A stretch of 64,000 nt of DNA from Candidatus Multivorans sp. Lineage in GTDB: Bacteria; Acidobacteriota; Thermoanaerobaculia; Multivoradales; Multivoraceae. Shown one piece after another: positions 1 through 8,943 of this stretch. Within the stretch, counting starts at the first letter, position 1, and the number at the start of each line of letters is the position of its first letter. Location of the stretch: contig OZ245033.1 in the NCBI GenBank assembly GCA_965224025.1, forward strand, positions 2,752,001 to 2,816,000. Direction: 5' to 3'. The position numbers and the translations under genes are program-made. The notes beneath the pieces are model-generated. The model did no database searches. It was not told where the DNA came from and saw only the letters and a program-made list of their open reading frames with translations.

Positions 1-2334
1 CTCCTTCTCCATTCCGTGGACGCTGTCCCAAACTGTGATGTCGGACGAAGACTCGTCTTCGAGTTGGTCGAGAGTCCCGTTGTCTAGCAGTCGAAGGAAG
101 AGCTCAAACAGACGGAGGCTCCCTCTCGGGCCAATCCGTTGTACGAAGAATCGAAGCCTTCGAGGCCACTCGCCATCCTTGTCCGCATACGGTTCGAGCA
201 GAGCCGCTGTGCGGTCAGGAGCGTGTCGTTGGTGTACTCGCAAGTACCCCACCGCCATGTCAGCGAGGGGGTTGTTCCCCGCCGCGAGCCAGTCCGCGAC
301 GGCGCCGCACTCATCGGCGAAGGTGAACCAACTCGGTGAACCGGAGAAATGTCGCCAGGCCAACGTCGGGAGCTTGTCGGAGTTTGCCCGGCCCTCCTTG
401 ATTGCCTGAATCTCTGGTCCGATCCACTCGTTCCAGATGGCCCATTCATCCTCTCTCGGGCCAGCAGCATCAGCTAGGACGGCGAAGATGAGGTCCTTGA
501 CGTGAGTTCGGACCCTCTTGTCCGAGAGCAGAGCGCGAAGCTCGCCCACATAGCGAGTCGGGTCAATCTCGCGAAGATAGGCCAGCACTTGGCGGACTTG
601 AGCGCGTCGGAACAAGTGCTGCTCGGTGTCGGTGAGCAGCGGCAGCAACGGCTCGTTCTTGGTGCAGAAGATACGTGCGAAGCAGTAGTCGAAGAAGCTC
701 TCGTGACCAAAACCGTAGCGATAGCCATCGAAGTCGATCACACCAGCAGATGACATCTGGTGCAGGTAGTCGGGTGACACACAGTCCAGTGCTTCCTTCC
801 GCACTGAGAGCTGCTGAGAGGAAGTCATTTCGGTGCAGACAGTCTCAACGACTTTCAACCATTCGTCCGACCCTGCCCGCTCTCGGACCGAGGACCGCCT
901 GTAGTCCCAGTATCGATCGAACAGTTCTCTCGTCGTGCCGAACGCAGGCGCTTCGGCGACGCTGAAGTCGGCGTCGAGAAACAGGGACAAGTTCTGTGGG
1001 AGGCGCAGGAGTTCAAGCTGGGGCCGACCAAACCCGTTGAGATCGTACTTCGCGTCGGTGAGAGTGGTCTTGACCTCGTCTATCGAGAACGGACTGACGT
1101 TGACTCGGGATGCCATGTCAGGGATGAGCCGGCGAAGACTGGAGTCGTTTTCCCAGTCGAAGGTCCGGCACACGACGACCGTGTGAATCGGAGCGCGCTG
1201 TCGAGAGCCGCGGGCCTCCAACAGCAGATCCTCTACGAGTTCAAAGGCGGGTGTAGTCCTTCCAGACATGCTGCTGACCGCGTCAAGCTGGTCGATGATC
1301 AGGACGCCGTGACGCCCGGCGGCCTCTGCCGCTGCGGCGAGCACGATTGCGGGCGACTCCTCAAGGCCGAGATGCTCTCCTAGCTGCGGTGTGGTCAGTT
1401 GTGGGTGCAGCCGGTCGAGACGGAAGACCAACACTGGGATCTGCCGCTCACGCAGTGACTCCGCGACCTGGATGACGCACGCCGTTTTGCCCGAGTCGGC
1501 CTTACCGGTGAGCACGTTGTCCGAGCCTGTTCCCTTCAGTAGTTCGAGGACCTCGTCCGCTGCGGGTCTCGGGACAAGGTTTTGGCGGATGAGTCGCCTC
1601 TTCGTGCGGACCAAGTAGCGCTCGTCCGTCGCCTTCTCAAGAGCGACGCCGGCCTGCTCCGGGTGGCGCAGATTCCGGAGCTTGTAGCCGCGACTGGCGA
1701 GCTTGGCGGTTGAGTCTTCGCGAGTGATTGTCTGGTTGACTGCGTCATCGACGACTCGGAGAATCTCCGCCACGACTTTCCGCGGCTCGGCAAGGAACTT
1801 TCCCGGTACCGCGTTGTGCAAGTCCCTTTCCAGCGTGCGATCGTCTATCGTTCTGACCTCGGCCCTCTTCAAGCGATCGAGAGCGGTCGAGGGGGCGCAG
1901 TCCCACCAGTCCTTCCATAGCCTCTTGAAGTTCCGACGTCGGCGGTCGTTGAGAAAGTCTTTCTCCAGTTCCTGCAGAGAAGCCGCATCCGCTGCGGCGG
2001 CGCACAGTTCATCAAGCTCCCGTGCGTGACTGCCGGAAGCGAAGATGAACCGGGCGTCGGGGTCGCTCAGTGTTTCACCGATTGCCTGAATGAGCCCATG
2101 GCCGGGAGAGGCTAGGTCAACCAGTGTCCACTTGCCGGTTGAACTACCCATCTTGGCTTGGTGGAAGGTCCGCTGCTGCCCAGTGGCAACGACGAACTCC
2201 GCCTTCTCGGCATCGAGTCTCTCGATACCGATCGAATCTGCGGAACCGCCGACCATGGCCAAGAAGGCGCGGGCGGTCCACAAGCGCTCGTAGAGATTGC
2301 CGAGCTTTTCTGCGGAGCCGCCTCTTAGCGGAAG
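1..2334 (-). CDS. Avs/AVAST-like STAND NTPase with N-terminal PD-(D/E)xK-type nuclease (runs off window, 3' incomplete)
   Basis: Absent from ORF track (no stop in window). Minus frame checked stop-free from 2358 to 1. Translation: PLRGGSAEKLGNLYERLW...AEFVV...FHQAK (nuclease-like), Walker A GKADSGKT (1506-1483), Walker B LIIDQLDA, then CRTFDW, LLRLPQNLSLF, FGHESFFDYCFAR, EQHLFRRAQVRQVL. Start uncertain: first canonical starts are TTG 2283 and ATG 2256. Confidence 0.8.
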
Positions 2335-2413
2335 GTGTCGCGCGTTGTTCTGGGGTCTTCAGACGGAAGTAGAGGTGCCCCTCGGGCTCTGACCAGCGGG
2401 ACGGTGGGGATTG

Positions 2414-2771
2414 CTAGCGTGGGATGCGGGCGACCTGAACGAGCTTACGAGACAACTTGGACGCGTCCTTCTCATCCACGACGACCGGCCGGATGGGCCC
2501 GCCAGCAAGACACTGTTCGAGAAAGCTGTCACGAGGAATCCAGTAGGCAAGGGCCGTGCGCTTGGGAGGCAGGAAGTCGCGGATATGCCAAATCTCTTCG
2601 CGGCCGAAGTCAAAGAAGACGGGTGCCCTAGTGTCCACCCATCTATGTAGAAGTTTGCTCTTTCCCCACCACTCCAGTCCGTAGACCACGGGGTCGATAT
2701 CGAGAGGCTCCATTGAGAGGCCCATGTAGAAGTACGCTGCGTCGAGGCCACCCCGGTCGCCATCGACGACC
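2414..2771 (-). pseudogene. CoiA-like nuclease, 3' part (split by IS)
   Basis: Reads VVDGDRGGLDAAYF...APVFFDFG; joins in frame to the 4370-4732 part as MIWV-VDG once the IS and one GACC copy are removed. Confidence 0.75.
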
Positions 2772-2810
2772 GGAACCTGTCAACGACATTGACACAGCGG
2801 GGTTCAGGAT

Positions 2811-3809
2811 TTACTGAGTGGTCTCTGCAGTCTCGTTGTCGGGCTTGTTGATCCAGACGGCCCGGGGCAGTGGCGTGTGCATCGGTTGGCCGCCGACGAA
2901 TCGTTCGGGTGAGCTCTCCCAGGCGGCGCTCAGCGTGCGTTGGCGCTGCTCGATGACGGCTTGCGCCCGGCCGTAGTGGACGGTCTGGGGAGTCAGCATG
3001 GCGATGCCGGCATGGCGGTGTTCGGTGTTGTACCAGGGGAAGAAGGACCTGCAGTAGTCGGTCGCGGCGTCCTGGCAGTTGAAGCGGCTGGGGAAGTCGG
3101 GGTGGTACTTGAGGGTCTTGAACTGTGCTTCGGAGTAGGGGTTGTCGTCGCTGACCCGCGGTCGGCCCAGGGAGCGGTTCACGCCGAGGCGGGCGAGCAG
3201 TTGGGCGGTGCCCTGGCTGGTCATGGGGGCGCCTCGATCGGAATGCAGGGTCAGGACATGGGGCTTGACGCCGTGCTTGAGGCGGGTCTCCTCGATGAGC
3301 CTTTGGGCGAGCGCGGAGTTCTCGCGGTCGGCGACCATCCAGCCGACCGCGTAGCGGCTGAAGAGGTCGAGCAGGACGTAGAGGTAGTAGTAGGTCCAGG
3401 TCTGCGGTCCGAGCAGCCTGGTGATGTCCCACGACCAGACCTGGTTGGGCGCGACAGCGACCAACTCCGGCTTGGCGTACGACGGATGGACGCGCTGATT
3501 GCGGCGGTCCCTCACCGGGTGGTTCGCTTCGAGGATGCGGTACATCGTGCGCTCCGAGCACGGGTAGCGGCCCTCGTCGAGCAGGGTGGCCACCACTTCT
3601 CCCGGCGAACGATCGACGAAACGCGGCGACGCAAGCGTGGCCTCGACCCGTTTCCGCTCGATCTGGCTCAGTGCCCGGGCAGGCGTGGGGCGGGGCTGCC
3701 GTCGCCCGGGAGCGGGCCTCGCACGACGATAGAAGGTCGATCGCGACACGCCCAGCGCCCGGCACGCCGGCGCGATGCCGACCTGCCGGGCCAGGGACCT
3801 TGCCGCCAT
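2811..3809 (-). CDS. IS3-family transposase OrfB (DDE integrase core)
   Basis: PNQVWSWDIT, LHSDRG, DNPYSEAQFKTLKY, WYNTEHRH motifs; ATG overlaps the orfA stop (TGATG). Confidence 0.93.
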   Translation of the reverse strand: MAARSLARQVGIAPACRALGVSRSTFYRRARPAPGRRQPRPTPARALSQIERKRVEATLASPRFVDRSPGEVVATLLDEGRYPCSERTMYRILEANHPVRDRRNQRVHPSYAKPELVAVAPNQVWSWDITRLLGPQTWTYYYLYVLLDLFSRYAVGWMVADRENSALAQRLIEETRLKHGVKPHVLTLHSDRGAPMTSQGTAQLLARLGVNRSLGRPRVSDDNPYSEAQFKTLKYHPDFPSRFNCQDAATDYCRSFFPWYNTEHRHAGIAMLTPQTVHYGRAQAVIEQRQRTLSAAWESSPERFVGGQPMHTPLPRAVWINKPDNETAETTQ

Positions 3810-4294
3810 CAGCAGTCCTTCCCGTCTTCGAGGCTGAATCCCAGCAGCCCTGCAACTTTTCCCTGGACGTCCAGGATCGTGTGCGCGGCGGCGACTTCCC
3901 TCTCGAGCCGCTTGACCTTCGCTTCCAGCCGCTTCACCTTCGGCGTCAGAGGGTTGGCCTCGACAGGCTTGCGGCCCCGCTTCTTCGGCCTCAGACCGGA
4001 AAGCGCGCCCTCGCGCCGCGCCTTGCGCCAGTTGGCCAGATGGGAGCTGTACAGACCCTCTCGCCGCAACAGCCGACCCACCTCGCCGCGGTGGGTGCAT
4101 CGATCCGCTTCCTCCAGAATCCGCAGCCGGTACTCCGCCGTGAACTGCCGCCTGGTCGGTCTCGCCAGCACTTCCGGGTCGGGAACCGCCCCGGCGGGCG
4201 CCGCGCCGGCCGCGGGGGCCTCGTCGCTACGCTCCTCAACCCCCGCGGCCGGGAGCTCCGAGCCGCCGCCAAACCTCTGCTCTCGTCTTGACAT
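3809..4294 (-). CDS. IS3-family transposase OrfA (HTH)
   Basis: RRQFTAEYRLRILEEAD...LLRREGLYSSHLANWR, with C-terminal coiled coil. Confidence 0.9.
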   Translation of the reverse strand: MSRREQRFGGGSELPAAGVEERSDEAPAAGAAPAGAVPDPEVLARPTRRQFTAEYRLRILEEADRCTHRGEVGRLLRREGLYSSHLANWRKARREGALSGLRPKKRGRKPVEANPLTPKVKRLEAKVKRLEREVAAAHTILDVQGKVAGLLGFSLEDGKDC

Positions 4295-4369
4295 TGATCC
4301 TCCTTGCCAACGCGTGCCCTCCACTATTCAACGGGATGCCCGCTGTGTCACGTACGTTGGCAGAGAGGG

Positions 4370-4732
4370 GACCCAGATCATGTTGCCGTAGAAGAGCTCC
4401 CGACTTTCGAGCTCACTCTGTTGGATTGGCGAGTGCTGGAACTCGACAACAAGATCTGTGTCTGTCTTGACGTCTGCGAAGTGGCGCTCGCCCGTGTCGC
4501 CGTCGATGTGGACGACCTCCTGGCACTCTTACGGAAAACAATCCTTCCAGTTGCGGTGCCAGTCCGTCTCGTTCTCGGCCCAAGGATCGCATCGTCTTCT
4601 GCCCTTGTGGGCCCAATGCCATGCGACGAAGTCGCCGCACTTCGCAATCATCCCGTGGTTGCACCGGCAGCAGCGACCGCGCAAGCCGCGGTTGGGCCGA
4701 CATCGTTTTCCGTCAACTATCGCGAATCTCAT
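4370..4732 (-). pseudogene. CoiA-like nuclease, 5' part with in-frame TAA at 4529-4531
   Basis: CxxC...KCGDFVAWHWAH...CDPWAENETDWHRNWK-FP*ECQEV...HFADVK...VVEFQHSPI...SRELFYGNMIWV; the frame continues past the stop. Confidence 0.8.
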
Positions 4733-4787
4733 TCAGTCCTGTTTCCTCAAAGGGATGCTTGTGGCTGCCGACCGCGGCTACGGATTC

Positions 4788-6275
4788 CTACCGCGGCCGC
4801 AACAACGGAAACAGAATCACGTCCCGGATCGAAGGTGCGTCGGTCAGCAGCATGACCAGACGGTCGATGCCGAGGCCCAGTCCGCCGGCGGGGGGCATGC
4901 CGTACTGGAGGGCCTCGACGTAGTCGCGGTCGAAGCGGTGGGCTTCGTCGTCGCCGCCCTCGCGGGCGCGGAGTTGCTGGCGGAAGCGTTCGGCCTGGGC
5001 GTCGGGATCGTTGAGTTCGCTGAAGGCGTTGGCGATCTCCATGCCGCCGATGAAGAGTTCGAAGCGCTCGGTGAAGCGCGGGTCGTCTGCTGACAGCTTG
5101 GCGAAGGGGGAGACCTCGATCGGGTAGTCGTGGATGAAGGTCGGTTGAATGAGCTTCGGCTCCACGAGGCGGTCGAAGATGGCGATCAGGAGGTTGCCGT
5201 AGCCGGGGTTCTTGGACTCCGTTTCGTCGTGCTTTGCCAGTTCGGCGGCGAGCGCCGCTTCGTCGTCCACGGTGGCGGCGTCGAGGCCGCCGATCTCGAT
5301 CAGTGAATCCCGCACGCTGTAGCGGGGCCAGGCGGGTGCAAAGTCGATCTCGTTGTCGCGGAAGGTGGAGGTCGTCTGCCCGTTGCCGTTGACGGCCACG
5401 ACGATCTGGCCGAGCAGTTGCTCGGTGACGTCCATCAACTGCTCGTAGTCGGAGTAGGCCCAGTAGAACTCGAGCATGGTGAACTCGGGGTTGTGCTGGG
5501 TCGAGATGCCTTCGTTGCGGAAGTTGCGATTGATTTCGAACACCCGGTGCAGCCCGCCGACGAGCAATCGCTTGAGATACAGCTCCGGCGCGACGCGCAG
5601 GTAAAGGTCCATGTCGAGTGCGTTGTGATGGGTCACGAAGGGTCGGGCCGCGGCGCCGCCGGGGATCGCCTGCATCATCGGGGTCTCGACCTCCAGGAAG
5701 TCGAGACCGAGCAGGAAGCGGCGGATGGCGGCGATCGCCCGCGAGCGGACGACGAAGCGCTGCCGGGACTCGGGCGAGTTCAGGAGATCGAGGTAGCGCC
5801 GGCGGTAGCGCTGCTCGCGGTCGGCCAGACCGTGCCACTTCTCGGGCAGGGGCCTGGTTGCCTTGGCGAGGAACTCCAGGCGGTCCGCCATGACGGTCAA
5901 TTCGCCGGTGCGGGTGCGGATCAGGACGCCGGCGGCGAGCACGTAGTCGCCGATGTCGAGCTGGGAGAGCAGCCACCACATGTCTTCGCCGACCTGGTTG
6001 CGGCGCAGAAGAACCTGCACCTTGGAGCCGGCGGCGTCCGAGATGTCGAGAAAGGCCGCCTTGCCGTGGGTCCGGTGGGCGCGGACGCGGCCGGGAACCC
6101 GGAGGGGGATCGCGGCTTCGTCGAGTTCTTCGGCCGTCCGATCGTCGTAGCGTTCGCAGACCGTGCTCGGTTCGAGGTCGTAGGCGGCGCGGGTCGGGTA
6201 GGGCTCGATGCCCCGCTCGCGCAGGCGATCGCGCTTCGCGCGCCGGTTTTCGATCTGCGCTTCGAGTTCGGACAC
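4788..6275 (-). CDS. lysS: Lysine--tRNA ligase (class II)
   Basis: LPEKWHGL, YRRRYLDL, LRVAPELYLKRL, FRNEG, HNPEFTMLE, GLGIDRL. Confidence 0.98.
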   Translation of the reverse strand: MSELEAQIENRRAKRDRLRERGIEPYPTRAAYDLEPSTVCERYDDRTAEELDEAAIPLRVPGRVRAHRTHGKAAFLDISDAAGSKVQVLLRRNQVGEDMWWLLSQLDIGDYVLAAGVLIRTRTGELTVMADRLEFLAKATRPLPEKWHGLADREQRYRRRYLDLLNSPESRQRFVVRSRAIAAIRRFLLGLDFLEVETPMMQAIPGGAAARPFVTHHNALDMDLYLRVAPELYLKRLLVGGLHRVFEINRNFRNEGISTQHNPEFTMLEFYWAYSDYEQLMDVTEQLLGQIVVAVNGNGQTTSTFRDNEIDFAPAWPRYSVRDSLIEIGGLDAATVDDEAALAAELAKHDETESKNPGYGNLLIAIFDRLVEPKLIQPTFIHDYPIEVSPFAKLSADDPRFTERFELFIGGMEIANAFSELNDPDAQAERFRQQLRAREGGDDEAHRFDRDYVEALQYGMPPAGGLGLGIDRLVMLLTDAPSIRDVILFPLLRPR

Positions 6276-6278
6276 GGC

Positions 6279-7151
6279 TCAGTTTGATTCGCGGGCCCAG
6301 AGAACGCCGTCGGCGATCAGGTCGGAGGTCAGGCGCGCGATGCCGACCGCCGCGGCGCCGCCGATCCGGAGCACGTCCTCGTGGTCGACGGGTCCTTCCT
6401 CGAGGCCGACGCCCATGTTCGTGACCAGGGAGAAGCCGAGCACGCGCAGGCCCATGTGGCGCGCGGCGATGACTTCCAGCACCGTCGACATGCCGACCAG
6501 GTCGACGCCGAGCGCCTGGTAGGCGCGGATCTCGGCCGGCGTCTCGTAGGAGGGCCCGAGCAGACCCAGGTACACCCCTTCGCCCACGTCAATCCCGGCA
6601 CTGCGGCCGAGTTCGACGAACCGGCGGCGGAGGGCCGGGTCGTAGGCGCCGGCCAGGTCGGGGAACCGGGGGCCCCAGCTTGCCGGCATGCGGCCGCGAA
6701 GGGGGTTCAGACCGGTCAGGTTCACGTGATCGGAAATTGCCGCGATCGACCCCGGCGGCAAGTCCCGCCGCAGCGAGCCGGCCGCGTTCGTGACCACGAG
6801 CGAACCGGCGCCGAGGAGCGCCGCCAGGCGCACCAGGTAGACGACCTGGGCCGGCGTGTAGCCCTGATAGGCGTGCAGCCGGCCGCGGCAACAGAGCAGG
6901 AACCGGCCGTCCGGCGTTTCGACCACTTCGGCGGTCGTGGCGTGGCCCTCGATCGCCTCGACATCGAATGGGAGCAGATCGCCGAACGGCCACGGGCCGG
7001 CCGCCGGCGCGCCAAGATCGAGGCTCAGACCGGAGCCGGTGACTAGGAGAGCGTCAGGCCGAGGCCACCCCGCGTGGAGCCAGCGTGTCCGGCTTTCCTC
7101 GAGTTCGGCTGAGAGACCCGTGTCCGGCCCTGTATTCTTGCGCAGACTCAC
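6279..7151 (-). CDS. punA: Purine-nucleoside phosphorylase
   Basis: GSGL, GRLHAYQGY, VTNAAG, GPSYETPAE, VGMSTVLE; start re-assigned to GTG 7151. Confidence 0.92.
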   Translation of the reverse strand: MSLRKNTGPDTGLSAELEESRTRWLHAGWPRPDALLVTGSGLSLDLGAPAAGPWPFGDLLPFDVEAIEGHATTAEVVETPDGRFLLCCRGRLHAYQGYTPAQVVYLVRLAALLGAGSLVVTNAAGSLRRDLPPGSIAAISDHVNLTGLNPLRGRMPASWGPRFPDLAGAYDPALRRRFVELGRSAGIDVGEGVYLGLLGPSYETPAEIRAYQALGVDLVGMSTVLEVIAARHMGLRVLGFSLVTNMGVGLEEGPVDHEDVLRIGGAAAVGIARLTSDLIADGVLWARESN

Positions 7152-7229
7152 TCCCTTGATCCCCCGTCGCGGAATGGGGGGAGACGATACACGACCGGTT
7201 CGCCGTTGCGGCGGCGCGAGAGGTGATCC

Positions 7230-7811
7230 ATGACCGACAGCGGAATGCCCCGGGTGCTCATTTCGACGGAGACGCTGCAGCGTCGGATCGACGAACTGGC
7301 GGCCGAGATCGAACGCGACTACGCCGACAGCAGGGACCTCCTCTGTGTTGGCGTGCTCAAGGGATCGGTGTTCTTCCTCTCCGATCTGGTGCAGCGACTG
7401 TCGCGGCCGCTGGTGGTCGACTTCTTCCAGACCTCGAGTTACCGGGGCGAGACGACCTCGCCCGGCGAGGTGCGGATCCGGCGCGACCTCGACCATTCGC
7501 TGGCCGGGCGGGACGTGCTGCTGATCGAGGACATCGTCGACACGGGCTACACGATGCGCACGATCATGGCGCTGATGGGTTTCCGCGGCGCTCGTTCGGT
7601 GCGCCTCTGCGTCTTGCTCGACAAGGCGTGCAAGCGGGAGACAGAAGTCCATATCCACTACCGCGGCTTCGAGATCGACGACGTGTTCGTGGTCGGTTAC
7701 GGCCTCGACTACAACGACCGCTACCGCAACCTGCCCTACATCGGCGTGCTGGACGACCCGGCCGCAGCTAGGAGCGAACCTGTCCAACGAACCGGGACGA
7801 ACTCAGTTTGA
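7230..7811 (+). CDS. hpt: Hypoxanthine phosphoribosyltransferase
   Basis: VLKGS, LIEDIVDTGYT PRPP motif, FVVGYGLDY...YRNLPYI. Confidence 0.97.
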   Translation: MTDSGMPRVLISTETLQRRIDELAAEIERDYADSRDLLCVGVLKGSVFFLSDLVQRLSRPLVVDFFQTSSYRGETTSPGEVRIRRDLDHSLAGRDVLLIEDIVDTGYTMRTIMALMGFRGARSVRLCVLLDKACKRETEVHIHYRGFEIDDVFVVGYGLDYNDRYRNLPYIGVLDDPAAARSEPVQRTGTNSV

Positions 7812-7869
7812 TGATCGCTGGGTCCGGCGCTAGTCTTCTGTTTGCCCCGCAAGTTAAGGAGAAACTCTC

Positions 7870-8127
7870 ATGAGAACCACGAGTTGGTTTCGGGGCCCAC
7901 TTCTGATCGGACTGTTCGTCGCGCTGCTGATCGGCGCTCTGCTGGCACCCCTTGCTCCGCTCGGCGCCGACAACAAGCCGGGGCAAGCTACGAGCAAGAT
8001 GCCAGGCTGCGGGGAGTGCGTGACCCTCACCTTCAGCTCGTGGTTTGAAATCGAGTGTAGTGGCGGCGGGGAAACGCCGTGTGATACCGGGAGGGATCTC
8101 AAGTGTTTCTGGTCGACCCAAACCTGA
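7870..8127 (+). CDS. Small secreted Cys-rich protein (3' end possibly deletion-fused)
   Basis: AAGGAG RBS, hydrophobic signal peptide, CGEC...C...C...C. Confidence 0.55.
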   Translation: MRTTSWFRGPLLIGLFVALLIGALLAPLAPLGADNKPGQATSKMPGCGECVTLTFSSWFEIECSGGGETPCDTGRDLKCFWSTQT

Positions 8128-8882
8128 AGCCCGTGACCACATACTCCTGGCCTCAGGAGTGGGGCGACGATATCCACTTCCGTGACGGAGGCTCGGGCCG
8201 ACCCACACTGGTCCAGGAAGTTGAGGGAGCTCAAGACGGCCTCGTTGCCTGGCTTTACTTTGCGAAGCGCGACCGCGACGGCATCATGCGGTTCGCGTTG
8301 CCCGCCGGGGATGGGGATGCGGCAGTTACGCCAACTGGCTTTTGGCCGCAGATGACGACCGAGGCTCACCCACACGTACCGCTCTTTCCCTCCCGCCTGG
8401 CGGCGACGGCCGGTGAGAACGCAGACGTCTACGCACTGCGCGTGGACGAAGGGCTCTTCATCCAGCGTCTGGCGGGCAGCGGCGAACGCCTGAACGTGTT
8501 TCCCGACTGGCCCGGTCCGATGCCGGACCTTCCTCCGCTAAGTCAGATGGAGCACTACCCCCAATGGTGGCAGGCGGTCGAGAACGCGAGCTTCCCGGCC
8601 AGTCTCTATGCGGAGGGGCCGCACCTCTACGTGCTCATCCGGTTGGCGGCGGCGGGCGGACCGGAATGGGAGTTGCACGCGGTCGATCCGGTGGCGGAGT
8701 CTCTGCTGCATCGCGTTCGGCTGCCCACGCGGGCCACGCACATATCGCTTGTGCCCGGACCCAGGCACTGGGTGCTCCTCGAAGCATCGAGCTACTTCGA
8801 CGAGGAGTCGCGGAGACCGACGCGCCTGCTGCTCCTGGACGCCGAGGCCATTCGCAACGGTGAAGAACTCTCGTGTAGCTGA
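8103..8882 (+). CDS. Hypothetical protein, probable N-truncated beta-propeller-like fragment
   Basis: Beta-strand-rich repeats (LYAEGPHLYVL, WELHAVDP, WVLL, LLLLD); no signal peptide; overlaps the upstream ORF out of frame. Confidence 0.5.
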   Translation: MFLVDPNLKPVTTYSWPQEWGDDIHFRDGGSGRPTLVQEVEGAQDGLVAWLYFAKRDRDGIMRFALPAGDGDAAVTPTGFWPQMTTEAHPHVPLFPSRLAATAGENADVYALRVDEGLFIQRLAGSGERLNVFPDWPGPMPDLPPLSQMEHYPQWWQAVENASFPASLYAEGPHLYVLIRLAAAGGPEWELHAVDPVAESLLHRVRLPTRATHISLVPGPRHWVLLEASSYFDEESRRPTRLLLLDAEAIRNGEELSCS

Positions 8883-8943
8883 CCCGCGTCGCCGGGCACG
8901 GCCGCTTTCGACCGGGCCCGGCGGCGGTCAGCAGAGGGATCAC

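Larger units (their letters stand above)
2772..4369 (-). mobile_element. IS3-family insertion sequence (~1.6 kb) with 4-bp target duplication GACC
   Basis: GACC at 2768-2771 and 4370-4373; imperfect subterminal inverted repeats ctgtcaacgacattgacacagcggg / ctgccaacgtacgtgacacagcggg; orfA+orfB inside. Confidence 0.9.

Noticed and set aside
2359-3855. 498-aa minus ORF spanning the IS and coiA remnant
   Set aside because: Alternative frame of the transposase; no motifs.
4529-4531. Programmed readthrough or recoding in coiA
   Set aside because: The codon is TAA, not TGA/TAG, and the gene is also IS-disrupted; a simple nonsense mutation is more parsimonious.
7152-7787. N-terminal extension of purine nucleoside phosphorylase (502-aa ORF)
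   Set aside because: Antisense to hpt; real homology begins near 7151.
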